From NCBI GenBank assembly GCA_963662945.1, contig OY759974.1, positions 1,504,001 through 1,568,000 on the forward strand: DNA of 64,000 nt, read 5' to 3'. Both the position numbers and the translations under genes were made by a program. Each line of letters begins with the position of its first letter. Position 1 is the first letter of the stretch. Source of the DNA: Arcobacteraceae bacterium. GTDB taxonomy: Bacteria > Campylobacterota > Campylobacteria > Campylobacterales > Arcobacteraceae. This document shows, in pieces, positions 58,450 through 64,000 of the stretch. Below the pieces are notes generated by a model. That model did not search any database. It worked only from the letters and a program-made list of their open reading frames with translations, and was not told the origin of the DNA.

Positions 58450-60999
58450 TTATTTATAAGCACAATGTTCTTGTTTTACTATATCTAACATTTCAAAAAC
58501 TTTTCCTGTAGCATGTTCAATCTCATTACCAATTTCTAATAAATGTTCATTAGAATCATTTTGAGCATTATGGTCAATATATTTTTGAACTGATTTATGC
58601 ACTTGAGCATGTGCAACATTTAAATTTTTCCAATTTTCTGTTTTTGTAAAATCTCTTCCCGCTGTTTCTTGCTCTTTAATCCAAGCAGCAAGTTTACATT
58701 CATGTTCATTTGTTACTTTAAAACTTGCTCTTTCATTTAATCTTGTAAAATTCGATGTTTTAAAATGTAAATGGTCAAGTTTTAAGCTGTTAAGTTTGTA
58801 AACATTCTCAACATCACATACTTGTTTTCTTGCATTTTGATCATATTGTGCGTGGTTTGCAATACTAATTAATTTTTCTGATAAAGATGCCACTTCTTTT
58901 GCTAATGAGTCAATATGTGTAGCATCACTAGCATTTTCTTGAGTGTTTTTATCTAAAATATTAATAGCATCATTTATTTGAATAATACCTTTTGTTTGTT
59001 CACTTGAAGCTTGTGCAACAAGATCTATCATTTGTTTATTTTGTTCTATTTTTGTTGTTAAATCTTCATATCCATGAATCATAGTATCGGCAATTTTTTT
59101 ACCTTCATTTGCTTTATTATTTGCATTTTCAACTAATTCTTTGATGTCTTTTGCTGCATCTGCACTTCTTGAAGCTAAGTTTCTAACCTCTTGTGCAACT
59201 ACTGCAAATCCTTTTCCAGCTTCTCCTGCAGTTGCTGCTTCTACTGCTGCATTAAGTGAGAGAATATTTGTTTGGAATGCTATTTGATCTATTACAGTAA
59301 TTGCTTCATTGATTGCTGTTACTTGTGAGTTGATTTCACCCATTGATGATGCAGTTTTGATAGCTAGTTGTTGACCTTGAGATGAAGCTGCAATTACTTC
59401 ATCTGATAAAAGTGCCATTTTATTTACATTTTCACTGCTACTTTGGATATTACTTGATATCTCTTCAACAGCTGCTGCTGTTTCTTCTAGTGATGCAGCT
59501 TGTGCATTTGCAGAACTTGATAGTGAATTTGCAGAACTTGATAATATTTCAATATTTTGTGATAATTGTTCCCCACTCATCATAATTGTTGCTAATAGTT
59601 CAGAGATATTGTTTCCAATTGCTTTTGTTCCAAAAACCATAGAGCCAATAGTACCACTTACATTGTCTACATTAAATTTATAATCAAATCTTGCATTACC
59701 ATATTCTATTAAAGCTTTATCTAAAGCATCAAATTTTTCACCTAAATCAGCAATCATAGCATTTACAGAGTTTTTTAAATCATTTGTAGATCTGTTATCT
59801 GTTTCTGCTTCTACTGTATAAATAAAGAAACCAGCTCTAGCCATTTGGATTGCTTTATCAACTTCTTCTACAACCATTTGGTCTTGTTTCATTGTACTTC
59901 TTAGCTTTTCCATGTATGCATTAAAATGAATCCCTAATTTTCCTATTTCATCATTTGCTTTTACATCTATCTTTTGATCAGCACTTGTAAAATTCATTAA
60001 TGCTACAACAGAGTCAGTCAGTTTAGTTAAAGGTACTATGATTGTAGAATTTAAATTTATAAGTGTTGCAACTAGTGTAATGATTGAAAATATTAGTAAA
60101 AGAATAAGTGAAGCATTGATAATAACTTGTGCATCATTAATTGATTTGTGGATAATATCAATAGGTCTTCCGCTAAGATAGATTCCTAATTTTTTACCTT
60201 CAAAATCAATTACATAATCATAAGTATAATAGTATTTATTTCCCATGAAATAACCATCTGAAAAGAGTTGTTTCATATCTATTGCTTGTGCATCATTTAA
60301 AAAATCTTTATTAACAAATTTTTGCGAAATAAGGTAATTTTTGAATTTATTTTTTTCATCAAATAATTGTACGTTCTGTTTACTTATATCCATTAACAAT
60401 AAAAATCCATCTTTTACTTGATCAAATTTTTTTGCTACAGAGTTTAATCCTTGTATAAACTCTAACGAACCAAGATGTGAACCATCATCATCTTTAATTG
60501 GTACAACAGATCTTAAAGAAAGTCCAGCTTTCCCTAGTTCCATAGTATTTACAGGTTTTATTGTTTTATTTACTTGCACAACACTGTCTCTAAATGAACT
60601 TAAATCATCACCAAATTTGTCTAGTTTCCAACCTCGTACAAATGATTTATTATCCGATGTGTGAATATGTACTTTTATATTTTTAAAAGGTGTATTTTCT
60701 TTCATCTCCTTTGATATTGTTTTTAAGCTTAAAATAGCAAAATTTCTATCATTGAGTCTGAGAGATTTTTTGATTCTACCATCATTCGCAATAGAAAGTG
60801 CATTAGAAATACCAACTGCCATTTTTTCTTCTATATTACTTTGCGTAAATGCATGTAACTCTTCAGTTGCTTGCTTATATATCTCTTTAGATGCTTCTTG
60901 TTTAAAGTAGTTTAATACAAAAAAACTAGCTAATAGGACTACTACTGTAGTTATTATACTAATTATTGTAAACTTATTTTTAATTGATGTTTCTTTCAT
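58450..60999 (-). CDS. Methyl-accepting chemotaxis protein: Cache-type sensor, HAMP and C-terminal CZB
   Basis: Two TMs; SFVRGW...GDDLSSFR...[10 protein letters not shown] (double-Cache-like); DEIG.L; MCP tip; DHLHFK...HECKLAAW...HAQVH. Confidence 0.92.
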   Translation of the reverse strand: MKETSIKNKFTIISIITTVVVLLASFFVLNYFKQEASKEIYKQATEELHAFTQSNIEEKMAVGISNALSIANDGRIKKSLRLNDRNFAILSLKTISKEMKENTPFKNIKVHIHTSDNKSFVRGWKLDKFGDDLSSFRDSVVQVNKTIKPVNTMELGKAGLSLRSVVPIKDDDGSHLGSLEFIQGLNSVAKKFDQVKDGFLLLMDISKQNVQLFDEKNKFKNYLISQKFVNKDFLNDAQAIDMKQLFSDGYFMGNKYYYTYDYVIDFEGKKLGIYLSGRPIDIIHKSINDAQVIINASLILLLIFSIITLVATLINLNSTIIVPLTKLTDSVVALMNFTSADQKIDVKANDEIGKLGIHFNAYMEKLRSTMKQDQMVVEEVDKAIQMARAGFFIYTVEAETDNRSTNDLKNSVNAMIADLGEKFDALDKALIEYGNARFDYKFNVDNVSGTIGSMVFGTKAIGNNISELLATIMMSGEQLSQNIEILSSSANSLSSSANAQAASLEETAAAVEEISSNIQSSSENVNKMALLSDEVIAASSQGQQLAIKTASSMGEINSQVTAINEAITVIDQIAFQTNILSLNAAVEAATAGEAGKGFAVVAQEVRNLASRSADAAKDIKELVENANNKANEGKKIADTMIHGYEDLTTKIEQNKQMIDLVAQASSEQTKGIIQINDAINILDKNTQENASDATHIDSLAKEVASLSEKLISIANHAQYDQNARKQVCDVENVYKLNSLKLDHLHFKTSNFTRLNERASFKVTNEHECKLAAWIKEQETAGRDFTKTENWKNLNVAHAQVHKSVQKYIDHNAQNDSNEHLLEIGNEIEHATGKVFEMLDIVKQEHCAYK
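59150..59292 (-). repeat. Second copy of the MCP signalling-tip segment (inverted relative to 55511-55653)
   Basis: The reverse complement matches 55511-55653 with six mismatches. Confidence 0.88.
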
Positions 61000-61126
61000 A
61001 TGCCTTATCTCCTACATAGATATTGAACGTTAATGAGAGTCTAATAAAGAAAAATCTCATCATGGTTACAAATGCTAAAATATATTACTTATTGTACTAA
61101 AATAAACATAAATATTATCTATTTAT

Positions 61127-61441
61127 TTAGAAGAATAGGGAGTATGGACGCTGGATTTGTAATGATAATTCAGAGATTGAAATATGTCTTGATTCTCTTA
61201 TAAATTCTTTTGAGTCAAAATAAATAATTACAGTTGGGATTGATAAAACATTTAATTGGGCAGCAGTTTGCGTAAATTCATCTGCACTTATGTATATTTG
61301 TTTTATTTTTGGAAATTCTGTGTTAAATAAATCTTTTATTTTAGGTTGTAGTGCTTTACATACTCCACAGTTTTCACCACTAAAATATACCATTATTGCA
61401 TCATTATTTTTTATAATTTCTTGTAAGTTTTCTATTTCCAT
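61127..61441 (-). CDS. Thioredoxin-family protein
   Basis: CGVC active site and SIPT cis-Pro motif. Likely start is the ATG at 61441. Confidence 0.88.
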   Translation of the reverse strand: MEIENLQEIIKNNDAIMVYFSGENCGVCKALQPKIKDLFNTEFPKIKQIYISADEFTQTAAQLNVLSIPTVIIYFDSKEFIRESRHISISELSLQIQRPYSLFF

Positions 61442-61445
61442 ATTA

Positions 61446-62798
61446 TTAAACCAATATATATTTAGCAAGTGCTAAAAAGCTAAAAAATCCCATAATATCT
61501 GTAACAGTAGTAAGTATTACTGTACTTCCTATAGCAGGGTCAATTTCAAATTTTTTTAGAAGTAAAGGGATAACTGCACCGAAAAATCCAGCACAGAAAA
61601 GTGTTATAATCATTGACAAGGCTATAACAAATCCCAACATAATATTTTCAAACCAAGCAAAAGCTATAAATCCTAAAATAATAGCAAATAACATTCCATT
61701 GAGTAAAGATAATAAAATCTCTTTTTTAATAGCATATTTACTATTGTGTTCATCAATATCTCCAAGAGCTAATTGTCTAACCATAACTGCAAGCGTTTGT
61801 GTCCCAGCATTTCCACCCATTGAAGCAACAATAGGCATTAAAATTGCTAAGGCGATAAATTCTTTCAGTGTTTCATCAAAAATACCTATAACAAAAGAAG
61901 CTAAAATAGCTGTTAAAAGATTAATAAACAACCAAGAGGCTCTTTTTTTACCAGTTTGAAGTAATTCTTCATCTTGCTCATAATCTTCATCTACCCCAGC
62001 AAGTTGATACATCTGTTCTGTTGCATTTTGTTCAACAATATCTAAAATATCATCAGAAGTAATTCTTCCCAACAATCGATTTTTATAACCAGTAACGGCA
62101 ACAACAGAAAGGTTATAATTTTCAAATTGTTTTACTACATCATCTATATTGTCATCTCCAACAACTGAAAATGGCTTAAAATTTTTATCACTATTTTTTT
62201 CTAAAATTTTTTTATATTTTAATTTAAAATCATATGTAACCAAATCTTCCAAAGCAATTGAAGCAATTAAAGTTGTATCATCATCGATTATAAATACTTG
62301 GTGGATATTCTCTATTTCATCATTTTTTTTAAGGATTTTTAATCTATCTATTGATTCTTGTATTGTTTCATTGAGATTTGCACTAAAAAGTTCTGTTTGC
62401 ATGTATGCACCAGCTTTAGTTTCATCATATTTTTTAAGCCAGTTAATATCATCTTGATCTTCTTTATCTAAAGAATCTAAAACATTTTTTGCTTTTTGTT
62501 CATCAATCTCTTCAATATCTTGAATAATATCAGTTGCATCATCTGTTTCTAACTCTTCAAGTGCGTGGGAAATTTGTTCATGAGATAAAGAATTATATGC
62601 TTTTTCTCTTAAAGATTCTGGAAGTTCTAATAAAACTTCTCCTAGATATTCTTGAGGGATTTTATGAAGATATTCATAAAAAAGATCATTGTCTTTTTTC
62701 TTAATTTTTTTAAGTTTATTTGCAATATCACTTGGGTGAAAATTATCGATTTGTTCTAAGATTTCATCTAAATCTATGATGATGTTTTTATCTGACAT
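61446..62798 (-). CDS. mgtE: Magnesium transporter MgtE
   Basis: HPSDIA, DDATD, AG.YM (CBS pair), R..WL..NL, MGGNAGTQ, DPA......TT.TD. Confidence 0.95.
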   Translation of the reverse strand: MSDKNIIIDLDEILEQIDNFHPSDIANKLKKIKKKDNDLFYEYLHKIPQEYLGEVLLELPESLREKAYNSLSHEQISHALEELETDDATDIIQDIEEIDEQKAKNVLDSLDKEDQDDINWLKKYDETKAGAYMQTELFSANLNETIQESIDRLKILKKNDEIENIHQVFIIDDDTTLIASIALEDLVTYDFKLKYKKILEKNSDKNFKPFSVVGDDNIDDVVKQFENYNLSVVAVTGYKNRLLGRITSDDILDIVEQNATEQMYQLAGVDEDYEQDEELLQTGKKRASWLFINLLTAILASFVIGIFDETLKEFIALAILMPIVASMGGNAGTQTLAVMVRQLALGDIDEHNSKYAIKKEILLSLLNGMLFAIILGFIAFAWFENIMLGFVIALSMIITLFCAGFFGAVIPLLLKKFEIDPAIGSTVILTTVTDIMGFFSFLALAKYILV

Positions 62799-62806
62799 AA
62801 AAACTC

Positions 62807-63970
62807 CTATATTTTATATGCAAATTCAAAATTTTCAAGTTTTAAAGGTGTGTTTTTTTTGATATTATCCCCATCTAATTCTTTTTTAAGAGTATGAGCT
62901 ACTTGCATAAAATTTTTTCTTTTTTCTCCAGAGAGTTTTGTTTTAGTTACACTAATTATTGATAAAGGGTTTACAGCTTTTCCATTTTTGTAAAGACCGA
63001 AATGGAGATGTGGACCACTACTAAGTCCAGTGCTACCAACTCTGCCTATAAAAGTTCCTTGTTTTACCCAAGAACCAACTTTGATTTTACTGCTATAACT
63101 ATTAAGGTGTCCATAAAGTGATTTTAAACCATTATTGTGTCGTATTATAATAGCTTTACCATAACCACCTTTTCGTCCTTTGTGGATTATTCTACCATCT
63201 GCTGTTGCAAATATTTTTCTCCCAGTTGGTGCAGCAAAATCAACACCTAAGTGGGCTCTATATCGTTTTAAAACTGGATGCCATCTCTTTTTTGTAAATC
63301 TACTTGATATTCTAGTATAACTAAGTGGTATTTTTAAAAGGAAACTAGTAAGACTTTTTCCCTCTTCGTTGTAATATCTTTTATCATCTGGATTTTGAAA
63401 AATATAGTAAGTTTTCCTTCTCATTGAAACAGAAGCTCCCAATATTTCAGGTGAACCAAAATATCGACCTTCTCTGATTTTTTGTTTAAATATGATAGCG
63501 ATAGAATCATCTTTTCGTAATTTTTTAAAATTTACAGATTTTTTAAATGCTAGAATAAATTCATTTGCTAGTTCTTTATTACCTGTTGTTTCAACAATGT
63601 CTTGATAAGGAGAAGTATTAATTGTTATATTAATATTTTGTTCAATTTCAGTATAGTGTATTGGTATAATATCAAGCTCAAATACTCCAGATAAATTTTT
63701 GAAAATATGTATTTGCATATCTTCACTAATTGGAATTAGTGCTTGTTCAAGTTTATTTTTGTCATCATACATCATTTGGAACATGACACCAGCATATATC
63801 TCACTACAAAGCTCTTTATCTGTTTTTGAGAGATTGAAATATATATCTTTTTGGATTTGATGTTTATCTAAAAATGTGAGAAGAGTTTCTCCCTTCCACC
63901 AAACATCTTCTTGAACATAAGAAGCAAAGCTAATGATAACTGATAAAATAAATGATAGTATAATTTTCAA
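62807..63970 (-). CDS. M23 peptidoglycan DD-endopeptidase (Csd3/MepM-like)
   Basis: Signal peptide, RISSRF..R.HP, HLGVD (HxxxD), GYG, YGHL, STGLSSGPHLHF. Confidence 0.92.
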   Translation of the reverse strand: MKIILSFILSVIISFASYVQEDVWWKGETLLTFLDKHQIQKDIYFNLSKTDKELCSEIYAGVMFQMMYDDKNKLEQALIPISEDMQIHIFKNLSGVFELDIIPIHYTEIEQNINITINTSPYQDIVETTGNKELANEFILAFKKSVNFKKLRKDDSIAIIFKQKIREGRYFGSPEILGASVSMRRKTYYIFQNPDDKRYYNEEGKSLTSFLLKIPLSYTRISSRFTKKRWHPVLKRYRAHLGVDFAAPTGRKIFATADGRIIHKGRKGGYGKAIIIRHNNGLKSLYGHLNSYSSKIKVGSWVKQGTFIGRVGSTGLSSGPHLHFGLYKNGKAVNPLSIISVTKTKLSGEKRKNFMQVAHTLKKELDGDNIKKNTPLKLENFEFAYKI

Positions 63971-64000
63971 TAAAAACTCTTTAGTATATGTAATTTAAGA

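Noticed and set aside
1-64000. tRNA, rRNA, IS elements, prophage
   Set aside because: Intergenic gaps are short and AT-rich, and I recognised no such sequences or transposase, integrase or phage ORFs.

Overview
An AT-rich chromosomal window from a Campylobacterota bacterium, most likely Arcobacteraceae. The assignment is inferred from gene content: fused IspDF, epsilon-type CheZ, FliY plus FliN, PflA/PflB-like TPR proteins, a clustered flagellar locus and MutS-HNH. Layout: housekeeping and cell-wall genes at 1-7.1 kb (ispDF partial, RluA family, degenerate GGDEF, rpmE, rsmI, yigZ, mreD-like, mrdA, DHH). A flagellar/chemotaxis supercluster of about 33 kb spans 7.1-40.4 kb. It is followed by yajC-secD-secF-glmM-lspA, a sirtuin, bcp, cmoA, ilvA, a MutS-HNH fusion, hpf, a tandem hemerythrin, two CZB-tailed chemoreceptors, purN, mgtE and an M23 peptidase. 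I saw no rRNA, tRNA, CRISPR array, transposase or integrase. Main points of interest: (1) a FliY/CheC-like domain fused through a TM helix to a SPOR-like domain; (2) a near-perfect 177-bp in-frame tandem repeat inside the hook-length ruler FliK; (3) a PomAB-like, probably Na+-type, stator; (4) a MutS7-type MutS-HNH fusion; (5) divergent, apparently leaderless cmoA and ilvA; (6) a symmetric palindrome between two flgE paralogues; (7) FlhB with NPTQ instead of NPTH; (8) an inverted, near-identical segment shared by the two MCP genes. All calls come from motif recognition by eye; no database searches were run.
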